A stretch of 64,000 bases of DNA from an uncultured delta proteobacterium (lineage in GTDB: Bacteria > Myxococcota_A > Polyangia > Fen-1088), in the NCBI GenBank assembly GCA_963737265.1, contig CAVTRY010000015.1:32001-96000 (forward strand), written 5' to 3'. Below, piece by piece: positions 54,054 to 64,000 of the stretch. The position numbers were made by a program, and so were the translations under genes. Below the pieces are notes generated by a model, which saw only the letters and a program-made list of their open reading frames with translations, was not told the origin of the DNA and ran no database searches. How positions within the stretch are numbered: position 1 is the first letter of the stretch; every line of letters begins with the position of its first letter.

Positions 54054-55514
54054 ATGATCGATTCACTGCCTGAGACTGTCGACGGCGTGCCCAACATTTC
54101 GGGCAGCGAAGAGGTCGTCCGGGCGATCATGCGGCGGCCAGTCGTGCCGCAACACCTTGCCGGTGGCATCGACTTTGGCCGCATTCGCGCCGGGTTCGCT
54201 TGCGCGCTTCACATGCACCAGCCCCTGATTCCCGCGGGTGGCCCCGATTTTCGAACCTCGCGCATCATCGGCAACCTCCAGCACATGATGGACAACCCGC
54301 ACGATGGCGACAACCACAACGCCGCGGTCTTTCACTGGTGCTACAAGCGCATGGGCGAATTCATCCCTGCGCTGGTGCGCGAAGGGAAGCAGCCGCGCAT
54401 CATGCTTGAGTATTCGGGCACGCTCTTGCATGGCCTGCGCGACATGGGGCTTTCCGACGTGTTCGACGCGCTTTTGCCGCTGGCGCAAAACCCCGACTAC
54501 GCCCGCTGCGTGGAATGGCTGGGAGCGCCGTGGGGGCATGCGGTGGCGCCGTCGACGCCGGTACAGGACTTTCGGCTGCACGTCGAGGCCTTCCAGCATC
54601 ACTTCGCTGCCATCTTCGGCTTCGCAGCCCTGGCGCGCCTGCGTGGTTTTTCTCCGTCGGAGATGGCGCTGCCCAACCAGCCTGACGTGGCCTATGGGTT
54701 CGTGAAGACGCTGCGCGATTGCGGCTACCGTTGGGTGCTGGTGCAAGAACACACCGTCGAACGGGTGGAGGACGGCGGCGCGCTTCGGGAAAAGCATGTC
54801 CCACATCGTTTGGTCGTGCGAAACAGCGACGGTGAAAGCGCGTCCATTGTTGCCATCATCAAGACCCAGGGAAGCGACACCAAGCTGGTGGCGCAAATGC
54901 AGCCGTACTACGAAGCCAAGTCGGGCGGGTCGACCGAGCTTGCCGGCAAGCGCATTCCCCGCCTGGTGACTCAAATCGCCGACGGAGAAAACGGCGGCGT
55001 GATGATGAATGAATTTCCGTCCAAATTCATGGAGGTCATGCGCGAGGCTAGCGGCTCCGAGGTGCCACCGGTGGGCGTCAGCGAGTACCTGGATTACCTG
55101 GAATCCCTGGGCATCGCCGAGGTGGACTTTCCGGCGATCCAGCCGCTCTTTCACCATCGCCTGTGGCAGCGCTATCAGGCTGGCTCGGGCCCGGAGAAAC
55201 TTGCCGGTGTCATTGCCGAGCTGAAGGGCGAGGACGCGCGCTTTCACGTCGACGGCGGCTCGTGGACCAACAACATTTCCTGGGTCCACGGCTACGACGA
55301 AGTCTTGCAACCCATGGAGCGCGCCAGCGCCCTCTTTTCCCAAAAGCTCCTGAACAAGGTTCCGCCCAGCGATGCCCGCTGCCGCAACGCCCTCTTTCAC
55401 CTACTGGCCGCCGAAACCTCGTGCTATCGCTACTGGGGCAAGGGCATCTGGACCGACTACGGACGCGAGCTCGCCGGGCGGGCCATGGCAGTCATCGGCG
55501 CGACGGAGCGATGA
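54054..55514 (+). CDS. Glycoside hydrolase family 57 protein
   Basis: LHMHQP, SPSEM, ADGENGG, AETSCYRYWG. Confidence 0.85.
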   Translation: MIDSLPETVDGVPNISGSEEVVRAIMRRPVVPQHLAGGIDFGRIRAGFACALHMHQPLIPAGGPDFRTSRIIGNLQHMMDNPHDGDNHNAAVFHWCYKRMGEFIPALVREGKQPRIMLEYSGTLLHGLRDMGLSDVFDALLPLAQNPDYARCVEWLGAPWGHAVAPSTPVQDFRLHVEAFQHHFAAIFGFAALARLRGFSPSEMALPNQPDVAYGFVKTLRDCGYRWVLVQEHTVERVEDGGALREKHVPHRLVVRNSDGESASIVAIIKTQGSDTKLVAQMQPYYEAKSGGSTELAGKRIPRLVTQIADGENGGVMMNEFPSKFMEVMREASGSEVPPVGVSEYLDYLESLGIAEVDFPAIQPLFHHRLWQRYQAGSGPEKLAGVIAELKGEDARFHVDGGSWTNNISWVHGYDEVLQPMERASALFSQKLLNKVPPSDARCRNALFHLLAAETSCYRYWGKGIWTDYGRELAGRAMAVIGATER

Positions 55515-55906
55515 TGGGCGTGTCGATGCGCCGAATCCGTGCGAGCCTAGCAAGACCGGCTGAAGTTCATTCCGCGGATCTCCATCAACTCGACTGGCAT
55601 CCTGCTTCATCTTGATTGAAGTGCCCGCTCCACCGCACCTATTTCACCTCGATTCGACTACGGGGGCGTGTGCCGGACATCATTGCTCGCAAGTTCAGGA
55701 TCTGGGTTGACTTGGTCGAGTACCTCAGGAACTCCTCATCCGCTTGTCAATCGAGGAGGGCCTACGGGCAGCGGGGCTCAAATACAGGGTCCAGATCGAG
55801 CCCGCAGCCTAGATGCGCGGCTGGGCAGGGGATAGCCCGACCCGGGCAATCCAGTACCCTGAAAATTCGATGGATAGAGACGAATTTTCAAGGTAACGTG
55901 TTCGTC

Positions 55907-57064
55907 ATGATTCGCCGCCTAAGGCACGTCCGTGAGGTCGCTGGCTTGCTCGAGCGACAGCCTGTGGTGGCCATCCTGGGCCCACGTCAGGTAGGTAAAA
56001 CCACCTTGGCAAAGCAGGTGTTCTCTGCCCGCAAGGGCTCGAAGGCATGGTTCGATCTCGAGGACCCTCGCACCGCAGCTCGATTCGCCGCGCCGATGCT
56101 CACACTCGAACCCTTGCGTGGCCTCGTCGTCCTCGACGAGATCCAGCACGCCCCCGAAGTTTTTCGCAGCTTGCGTGTTCTTGTGGATCGCCCCGGCATT
56201 CCCTGCCGATTCCTCGTGCTCGGCAGCGCCTCGCCGGCGCTCCTCCGACAAAGTGCCGAGTCGCTGACCGGCCGGATCACTTATCACGACCTGACCGGAT
56301 TCTCGTTGGACGAGACCGGACCCGACCACCTCGATCGGCTTTGGCTGCGCGGCGGCTTCCCTCGCGCATTCTTGGCGACGACCGAAGCTGCCAGCTTTGA
56401 ATGGCGCCGCGACTTCGTGGGGAACTTTCTTGAACGCGACCTGCCGCAGATCGGCATCGGCGTGCCTGCGCCCGTCCTGCGGCGATTCTGGACCATGCTT
56501 GCCCACTATCACGGCCAGACTTGGAACAGCTCCGAGCTCGCGCGTGCGTTCGGCGTAGGCGACACGACCGTCCGCCGCTATCTCGATCACATGACCGCAG
56601 CCTTCATGGTCCGGTCGCTTGCGCCGTGGCACGAAAATCTGGGCAAGCGACAGGTCAAGGCACCCAAAGTCTACATCGCTGACAGCGGTCTTCTGCACCA
56701 GTTGCTCGACATCCGTGACCTAGAGCAACTACAGACACATCCCAAGGTCGGCGCCTCATGGGAAGGGTTTGCCTTGCAGCAGACCATCCGCAAACTTGGC
56801 GCTCATCCCGACGAGTGCTTCTTCTGGGGCACCCACGGCGGCGCCGAGCTCGATCTCCTTGTCGTTCGGGGCAAGCAGCGCTTGGGCTTCGAAATCAAAC
56901 GCACCGACACCCCGCAGCTCACGCCCTCGATGAGGCACGCCTTGCACGACCTGAAGCTTGATCGACTCTGGGTCGTGCATGCTGGCCGCGACGAGTTTTC
57001 CCTGCACGAGCGAACAACGGCGATTGGCCTCGAGAAGCTTGTGGCGCGACGAAGCCTGGGTTAG
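55907..57064 (+). CDS. AAA_14/DUF4143 ATPase
   Basis: GPRQVGKTT, LDEIQ, RGGFP, KAPKVYIADSG, SWEGF, ELDL...FEIK. Confidence 0.9.
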   Translation: MIRRLRHVREVAGLLERQPVVAILGPRQVGKTTLAKQVFSARKGSKAWFDLEDPRTAARFAAPMLTLEPLRGLVVLDEIQHAPEVFRSLRVLVDRPGIPCRFLVLGSASPALLRQSAESLTGRITYHDLTGFSLDETGPDHLDRLWLRGGFPRAFLATTEAASFEWRRDFVGNFLERDLPQIGIGVPAPVLRRFWTMLAHYHGQTWNSSELARAFGVGDTTVRRYLDHMTAAFMVRSLAPWHENLGKRQVKAPKVYIADSGLLHQLLDIRDLEQLQTHPKVGASWEGFALQQTIRKLGAHPDECFFWGTHGGAELDLLVVRGKQRLGFEIKRTDTPQLTPSMRHALHDLKLDRLWVVHAGRDEFSLHERTTAIGLEKLVARRSLG

Positions 57065-57117
57065 GTTTCGAGAGCGGCCCACGGCCCATCCGAAGAGATC
57101 GTCTCGGGCGCAGAAGA

Positions 57118-57744
57118 TTAGTCGGAGCATGCCGAGTCGCTTCTCAATACCAGATCGAGGTTCTTCAAAAGGGCATTGACCTGACGGTGAAGGGGCGTCT
57201 CAGAAAAGACGACGATCATGTCATGGCTGCGCGCCTTGGTTCGAAAGACGGTTAGTACCGGCAGCCTGAAGTTCATCCGTCCAGCTTTCGCTATAGCAGC
57301 GCGCGCCTCGACCAGGTCCTGGCATTCCCGAAAATGAATGACGAGCAGGCCAAGGTGCAACGCTCCTTCGGGCGTTTGCGTTTGCAGAAGTCCTTCGTCG
57401 ACACGGTCCGCTCGAGAGAATGCAGACGTCCTAAAATCTCGCCCTAGCCAGGCAAGTCGCTCCTTGCGTCCGGCGCCGTCGACCATGACGTGCCAACTGC
57501 CGAAAGGAACCGAGGACAGCGATTCATGAATCGCCACCAGTGAACCGCGGAGGCTTTCGGGCGCATTCTCAACGATGCCCGGAAGGTGAGATTGCACTCG
57601 ACCACCGTCGGGTTCTGTTTCGGCCACCTTGCGCGCACGAGCAGTGGGCGCGCTCGCCTCGCCTTTGTCCTTTGTCGGTGCATGGCTTCGCGAACATGCA
57701 CCGACAAGGAGTAGGATCAGGGACGCACTGACCGAGATAGTCAT
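57118..57744 (-). CDS. Hypothetical lipoprotein, candidate immunity protein
   Basis: Lipobox VGAC; start overlaps the upstream stop (ATGA). Confidence 0.6.
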   Translation of the reverse strand: MTISVSASLILLLVGACSRSHAPTKDKGEASAPTARARKVAETEPDGGRVQSHLPGIVENAPESLRGSLVAIHESLSSVPFGSWHVMVDGAGRKERLAWLGRDFRTSAFSRADRVDEGLLQTQTPEGALHLGLLVIHFRECQDLVEARAAIAKAGRMNFRLPVLTVFRTKARSHDMIVVFSETPLHRQVNALLKNLDLVLRSDSACSD

Positions 57745-58364
57745 GGATTCGAGCGAAGCATCACCGGCGGAAGCCTCGCAGGCAGATAGGTAATCGACAT
57801 GCATCCCGATCGACCAACGTCCTCCAGTTGAAGGGCAAAGGACTTCTTCGTGCTGCCTGCCAAGGCGACGACGAACTCATTGAATGCCACGAAGCCAGAT
57901 GGGCCCCCGCAGATTTCGATACAGCCGGCTGTCGCATACAACTGAGTTCTGGGATCGTCCGGGCCATCATGAATTAGGTAGTTCCCGTGAACTTGCCAAG
58001 CCCCATCCTCGCGCGACGGAAAGCTGTGAACCTTGTAGCCAGGGATCCAGCGCCGAATAACGTACCTGTCATACTGGCTGATTCCAACCATGTGTGGCTC
58101 TGGGTTGGCAACAGTCCGGTGAACGCCAAAACGGAGGACCTCGAACGCTCGCCGAACCTCCAGATTCGATTGACCCCAGCCAACGACAGTCAACGCGTAG
58201 GTTGGAATGACGTAGACCTTCCCATCGGAATTTGGGTAGGACCACGTGAAGGCGCTTCCGATCGGATTGGATTCAACACAGTGAGACGAATTGGCCGCAG
58301 ACTCATCTGGCGTTCCCTTTCCTGGGGAATTGTTGCCTAGCAGGAGGCTGATGTCAATCCCCAA
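57741..58364 (-). CDS. Hypothetical protein with L,D-transpeptidase/Tlde1-like His...GC motif; uncertain 5' end
   Basis: YLIHDGP-x8-ATAGCIEI; weak TTG start next to micro-duplications. Confidence 0.5.
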   Translation of the reverse strand: MGIDISLLLGNNSPGKGTPDESAANSSHCVESNPIGSAFTWSYPNSDGKVYVIPTYALTVVGWGQSNLEVRRAFEVLRFGVHRTVANPEPHMVGISQYDRYVIRRWIPGYKVHSFPSREDGAWQVHGNYLIHDGPDDPRTQLYATAGCIEICGGPSGFVAFNEFVVALAGSTKKSFALQLEDVGRSGCMSITYLPARLPPVMLRSNP

Positions 58365-58656
58365 CTACTTCCCAACTACTTCGGCGGATTCTTACTTTTC
58401 GGCGGATTCTTACTTCGTGCAGGGTTTAGGACACGCTGGCAGGCACGTTCGAGGTGTGGAGCCCCTCATGGCGTGCCCGAGCTACTGCTGGGCGCTGCCG
58501 ATGGTTTTCGCGAAGAGCGGCGCCGTCGATGTCTCTCGGCGCGAATGGACAGCACGGAAGTCGCGTCCGAGCTTCGTCATCTCTCATTTTGCGGCAAGAC
58601 TCGGTTTCCACAAAGGCGAATGATTTCCACACCTGAATGTGGCTGAGGCGAGCTCC

Positions 58657-60625
58657 TCAGAACGTTCCATACGGACTGAGAAAGAGTTTGTCGACATAGC
58701 CACCCCAACTATCGGAGTCGCAATAGATGGCAGCGCTTGCGGAACTAGGCCCAGACCCCGCCGAAGTCAGGTAGGATGTCCATCCAAGCGCCGTGTAACC
58801 CGCCATTGGGCCAATATCGTACCAGTAGCCCACATCCTCGTTCCCGGGTACACAGTTGGCGCCCTTATAGTATTTTACCGAGCAATGGCCATAGCCGCTG
58901 TTGGGAAGGGGGTAGAAGGAGGCGCCGAACTGGTAGCCCACGTTCGATCCCACCGGAATGCATTGGTAGGGGGACAAGTAAAAATCCGGGCCCCCGGCAG
59001 ATCCTGAACCGGAGCATCCGTCAGCATCTAAGTTGATATTCCAAGTTGCGTTACCCACGGCGGTGCCCATGTTCCAATCAGATGCGTCGTCGAATCCAGG
59101 ATTGTTGAGGATGTTGCTCGGGCTCTTAACGGGACAACCACAAGTGTGATTGGTGCATGTCGAGGAAGTGGGCGGGCAGTTCGAGTTTTGCAAGCACTGC
59201 ACGCAGGTACCGCTGGAGCACCAATTCCCTGGCGCGCCGATCGATTGGCAGCTCGAGTCCTGAACTGCGTTCTTCGCGCTGCCTGGTTGACAGGTCCCCG
59301 CCGAACACGACCCCGCATTGTGGCAGGGCGTCGCAGTGCAGGTCACAGGCGTGTAGGTGCATTGGCCGGTACTCGTATTGCACGTGCCCGCGCCGGAGTA
59401 GCACGCCGGGGGATTGTTGCAGGACACAGGCGTGTATGCGCATTTGCCGGTGCTCGCGTTGCAGGTTCCCGTGCCTGTGAAGCACATCGGGGGATTGTTG
59501 CAGGACACAGGCGTGTAGGTGCATTGGCCGGTGCCCGTGTTGCACGTGCCAGGGGCGCTATGGCAGGCATCAGGAGGATTGGTGCAGGTCACTGCTGTCC
59601 CCGCGGCACATGTACCCGCTTGGCAAGACTTGGGGCTGCACGCGTCAGTGCTGCAGCTCGTTCCGTCAAGCACGGGCGCACAGACTCCGGTTGCCGACGA
59701 GCATGTGTTGCACCCAGAGCACGGGCTCCCCGTGTTTTGCCACACACCGTTGGCGTCGCAGGTCTGGGGTTGAGTGCCGTTGCATTTCTGGGTCGTCGGC
59801 GTGCAGGCGGAGCAGGTGCCGCCGTTGCAAACCAACGGGCAGACCGCACCCAAGTTCTGCCACTGACCGGTCTTGTCGCAGGTCTGCGGCTGGAGCTGCT
59901 TGCATTGGTTGTATCCTGGAACGCACACGCCACAGGCCCCACCGCTGCAGACCGTCGTACATGGTAGCCCGACGCTTTGCCAGATCCCATTCGCATCGCA
60001 CTTCTTTGGCTGAAGGCCGTCGCATTTTGCGGAATCGGGCGTGCACCCGAGGTCTTGCGGTCCTGCGGTCGGATCGCTCGCAGCATCGGCCAAAGGCAAG
60101 GGTGCATCGGCGGCACCATCCAGGACAGCATCGCGTGCGCCCCCGCTGCCGCCTCCAACCGTGCTGCCGCCAGCGCCAATCCCACCGGACACGGTTCCAC
60201 CAGTGACCGCAATCGTGCCCCCAGCGCTGGCGTTCCCGCTGTCTTCGTTGCCGTTGCCGCCAGCGCCGCCGCTGCTTGCGACATCGATGTCGCCGCCTTT
60301 CGATGACGATCCATCGGTGCCGATCGCGCCGCCGCTAGCCAAGCCTGGGCCATCGATGCTAGCCGAGCCTGGGCCATCGATGGCTCTCCCGCCCGATTCA
60401 CCAGACCGCGGGACTGCAGTTGTTTTTGTCCTTGCAGCAAAATAGCGGCCCAGGGAGGCCGTTTGTGGCCGGGAGACACTGGTACCCGGAAGCGCAATTG
60501 TCGTTGGTTTTGCAAGGCGCGTTTGCGCTGGGTGGCGTGGCGCCACCAGAGAAACAACTGGCCAGGGTGACCAGGGAAAGGCAACAGAAACACCTCGAAA
60601 CCGCCGCCATGGGGTAGGTTTGCAT
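58657..60625 (-). CDS. Cys-rich repeat surface lipoprotein, frameshift near 60410
   Basis: Lipobox LASC in ORF 60398-60625; Gly linker; 3x CxGxQPxxCDxxGxW and 3x CNxxTGxCxYTPV repeats; terminal NILNNPGFD CBM-like domain. Confidence 0.7.
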
Positions 60626-61413
60626 CTAGAATCTCCCTTTCAAAAACACAGATGCCCCGTCCTGGGCCACGGCGGGCAGAAGAGCAACCTTCGACGATTG
60701 CTCGCCTGGCCAGCCGACCATGTAGAGAACTGCGCCGGTTGCGATTGCGGCGGCGCCCACTCCGTAGCTGACCAATCCCCACGTCTTCAGGGACGATCGC
60801 TCGTTTTCGCGGCTTAGGCTGTAGTCCCGCGTCGAAAGGCCGTTTGCCTTCACAGCCAATCCAACGCCGGTACCAATCGCTGCGACGCCAACGGCAGCGA
60901 GAACGATTCCGGTCACGCGCAGGCTCTTGCCTCGGCTGCCATCCGCTGGCGCTGGTGCTGGCGTGCTCGTAATCCCTGGGATCGCTGGTTCAGGGGCCGG
61001 GGACGGTGTGTCGGTCTGGGCGACGGGAACCGGGGGCGCGGGCGCAACCGGGGGCGGCGTTGTCTTGGCCAGCAGATGTTCGCACTCGGCAATCTGCCGC
61101 TCGGTCTCGGTCCGATCGCTTTCCGAAAGGTCCTTGGCCTTGCGGAGAAATTCACGAAATCTGCTGGCCGCTTGCGCCAAACGATTTTTCTGCTGGTAGC
61201 AACGAGCCTGATTGTAGACGTAGTTGATGTCGTCCGTCTGGACGTACAGGTCGGTTAACACATCCGCGCCTTTCTGGAAGTCCCCCATGGCGCAGGCCTT
61301 CTTGGCCGCCTTCTCCTGGGCGCGGCTTTGGGCATAGGCTTCTCCGCGAATGCAGAACCCACCAAGACGACCATGAAGAAGCCAATGAATGGAACCGATG
61401 CAAGGCGTCTCAT
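60626..61413 (-). CDS. TPR-containing exported protein, frameshift near 61345
   Basis: Signal peptide MRRLASVPFIGFFMVVLVGSAFA in another frame; YNQARCYQ...FREFL TPR; C-terminal GRF. Confidence 0.7.
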
Positions 61414-61810
61414 ATTGGCGCTGACAATACCTCGCCATGGTTTTCTACGCACGTAAAAAGGGGTGTCGGCGACGGATCGCGAGCTGGTGAGCCGTCCCCA
61501 TCCCAAGATCGTATCCGTTCAGACTCGTTCAGACACGCCGAGCAGACAGCCAGCGCAACGGCGCGGGAGGGTTGGCCTGGAATTGCGATAGCCCATGCTA
61601 CGACGCGTCCATGCGCACACTTGCCCGATCGCGAAAGGATGAGAGATTGAAGCACTTTCAGACGGCACTGACATTATGTCTAATGCGGTTGAATTTCCCG
61701 ACACCCACGAAGGCCGCTATGGCGAGGTTCTGACGACTTTGCCGCTGACGCACTTGACCGCAAGAAATCCAAACAGATTACGTCCCCAGACGGGGGCTAA
61801 GGAAACGTAC

Positions 61811-63713
61811 ATGAACAACAGGAGTCGTTCCGTCCTTTTCTACAGCTTCGCAGGTCCCGTGCTGTTGACCGCGGTGCTAGCGTCCGGGTGTTACGGGTCG
61901 GGTGCCACCGCCTATTCCGGGGGACCGACCGATACCGGCGGTGCTGGGGCCTCGACCGGTGCAAGCGGCGGAAACGCATCTGCCTCGGGCGGGGCCACGA
62001 CAAGCGCAGGCGGCAACTCGACGAGCTCGGGCGGGATCTCGATGGGCGTGGGCGGGGGCGCGGCCGCCTCGGGCGGGGCCACGACGAGCGCAGGCGGGGC
62101 CACCGGCGCGGGCGGGGGCACCACGACGACGGCCTCGGGTGGGACCACGGGCGCGGGCGGGGCCAGCGTGCGCTCGGGTGGAAGCACGACCGTCTCGGGT
62201 GGGACCACGACCGCCCTCGGCGGGGCCACGGCGAGCTCGGGCGGCTCCACGACAGTTTCGGGCGGGACCACCGGCGGCTCGGGCGGTGCGGCGGCGGGCG
62301 GGGCCACGGGAACGGTGTCGGGATGGGGCACGCCAGTGACCGGCGGGCCTTCGGGTACCGGGACCGCGGCCAACGTGACCGTGAACCCCGGCAGCACCGT
62401 CGGCACCATCGGCAACGACTTTGCCGGGTTCAGCTACGAAAAGTCGCACATCACGAATGGCTCGCTCACCGGCAACAACGCCAGCCTCGTTGCTCTTTAC
62501 AAGCTTCTCGGTTCGCCCGTGATGCGGCTCGCGGCCAATGACGTCAATGTCTGCCATTGGGTTGGCACAGGGACGGCGCCTGCGCAGCCAACCGGGCAGC
62601 CATTTACGCATAATATTAACACGGGGCACGTCGATCAACTGTGCGGCTTCCTGGCCGCGACGGGAACCAAGATTGTCTATGGCGTCAACTACGCTCTGGG
62701 CGACCCGGTTGCCTCTGCGGCCGAGGCGGCCTATGTCATGGGCAAGTGCCCGTTCGAGCATCCACTCGTTCGAGATCGGCAACGAAATGGATTTCCGGGG
62801 GAGCTGGTCCTCCCAAACCACGACGTACGAGACATTCGCGGGCGACCTTCTCGCCGCGCCGGGCTCTTTGTTGGCGGGTGCGGGTGCCAGCGGTGGAGGA
62901 GCAACATTCAACACTCAATTTGCCGCCTCCGAGAAGGCGAAGTGGGGCAGCAAGTACGTCCTTCTGACGCAGCACTACTACGTGGCCGGATACAACTCGA
63001 CCGGCGCGACAGTGGCCAACCTCCAGTCCGTACACTCTGACTTCACCACCATCTGTTCGATGATGAATACCTCGGTCAAGAACAACGGCATTGCGGATGG
63101 CTACCGCCTGGGGGAAATCAACACCTTCTCTGGCCACGGCTTGTCGGGCGTAAGCGATACGCTCATCGCGGGTCTCTGGGCGATCGACATCATGTTCACG
63201 GTTGCCAAGAATGGCGGAGCCGGGGTCAACTTCCACAACGGTGAGACCGGAATGGATGGAACCAGGCCCTTCTACTATTCGGCGATCAAAGAGACCAATG
63301 GCGTCGTGGTGGAGGTCGAGCCGGAATACTACGGTATGCTCCTCTTCACCCAAGCCGGCACGGGCTCGATGGTCGCCACGACGGTCACCACGAGCGCCCA
63401 GTTCTTTACCGCGTATGCCATCAAGGCAAACGGATTCACCAGCGTGGTGCTCGACAACAAGAACGCCTCGAGCGGCGTCACCGCCACGGTCGATCTGGGA
63501 GCCCCGGTGACTAGCGCGAGCGCCATATATCTGCAGGCCACGCCGGCCAACTCGCTAACCGAACCGGCAACGGGCGTTACGCTTTCGGGCGCTCAGATCA
63601 CACCGGCGGGCGCGTGGAATCGGAAGCCACCTTACATTCAGACCACATCGGGCAACACCGTCACAGTATACGTTCCCCCAGCCAGCGCCGCGCTCGTCCG
63701 CGTCCTGCCGTAG
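61811..63713 (+). CDS. Glycoside hydrolase family 79-like lipoprotein with Gly/Ser/Thr linker, +1 frameshift near 62753
   Basis: Lipobox ASGC; GFSYE, FEIGNE, HYY, RLGEIN, SDT..GLWAID, GVNFH, PEYYGM. Confidence 0.8.
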
Positions 63714-63883
63714 GACAGGAGCACGCATCGACTCGATGCGATGTTCGCACGGGACGCAAATCTCGAAGTGCCCACTCGTCCGTTTTTGACGCCGACCGTG
63801 TAAATTCGGTATAGAACCGCCAGACGTTCGAGCGATGGAATGAGTGGCGCCGCGGGAGCTTCCGCCGAAAGGACAGTCTCATC

Positions 63884-64000
63884 ATGTTTCGAACTTCATT
63901 GGCCATCCTGATCGCCGGTTCAGGCTTCCTCTTGGTGTCGCCCGCCTCCGCACAATCCCACGACCAGGTTCCCCCTGTGGCTGCCCTGCAACCAGCCCAG
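63884..64000 (+). CDS. Start of an exported protein, truncated by the window edge
   Basis: MFRTSLAILIAGSGFLLVSPASA signal peptide after AAGGA. Confidence 0.5.
   Translation, partial: MFRTSLAILIAGSGFLLVSPASAQSHDQVPPVAALQPAQ

Noticed and set aside
54063-55400. Long antisense and alternative-frame ORFs (e.g. 54063-55400, 43044-44429, 5664-6929, 45545-47017)
   Set aside because: Shadow ORFs expected in high-GC DNA opposite well-supported genes; no motifs
55907-57064. AAA_14/DUF4143 ATPase as part of a named defence system
   Set aside because: A common solo gene in accessory regions with no recognisable partner genes adjacent
61700-61810. Riboswitch upstream of the GH79-like gene
   Set aside because: Only a short hairpin (TCCCCAGACGGGGG) near the RBS; no recognisable aptamer consensus

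Overview
High-GC bacterial chromosomal segment, probably Myxococcota/Polyangia (inferred from Gly/Thr-linker lipoproteins, Cys-rich surface proteins, several sigma54 activators and minor pilins). A housekeeping backbone (rlmD, MMPL transporter, pgm, L,D-transpeptidase-like protein, GH5, rhomboid, fimT/pilV/pilW-like pilins, CIRCE-controlled groES-groEL, panC, dnaJ, Slt, PTS enzyme I, GH57) is interrupted by at least three integrase-less insertions. Each is bracketed by a diverged direct duplication of a gene-gene junction. The first holds about 2.9 kb of toxin and RCC1 gene debris. The second is an ~9 kb biosynthetic island pairing a PltE/PltF/PltL-like prolyl-to-pyrrolyl cassette with a discrete type II KS/CLF-ACP-KR and two hexapeptide acyltransferases. 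The third is ~10.3 kb and carries a six-AP2-domain protein, a sigma54 two-component system and IS630/IS91 remnants. The right end has an orphan Tlde1-like toxin/lipoprotein pair and secreted glycan-active or Cys-rich proteins. About nine genes carry small frameshifts, most likely read errors. All calls come from motif recognition by eye; no searches were run.
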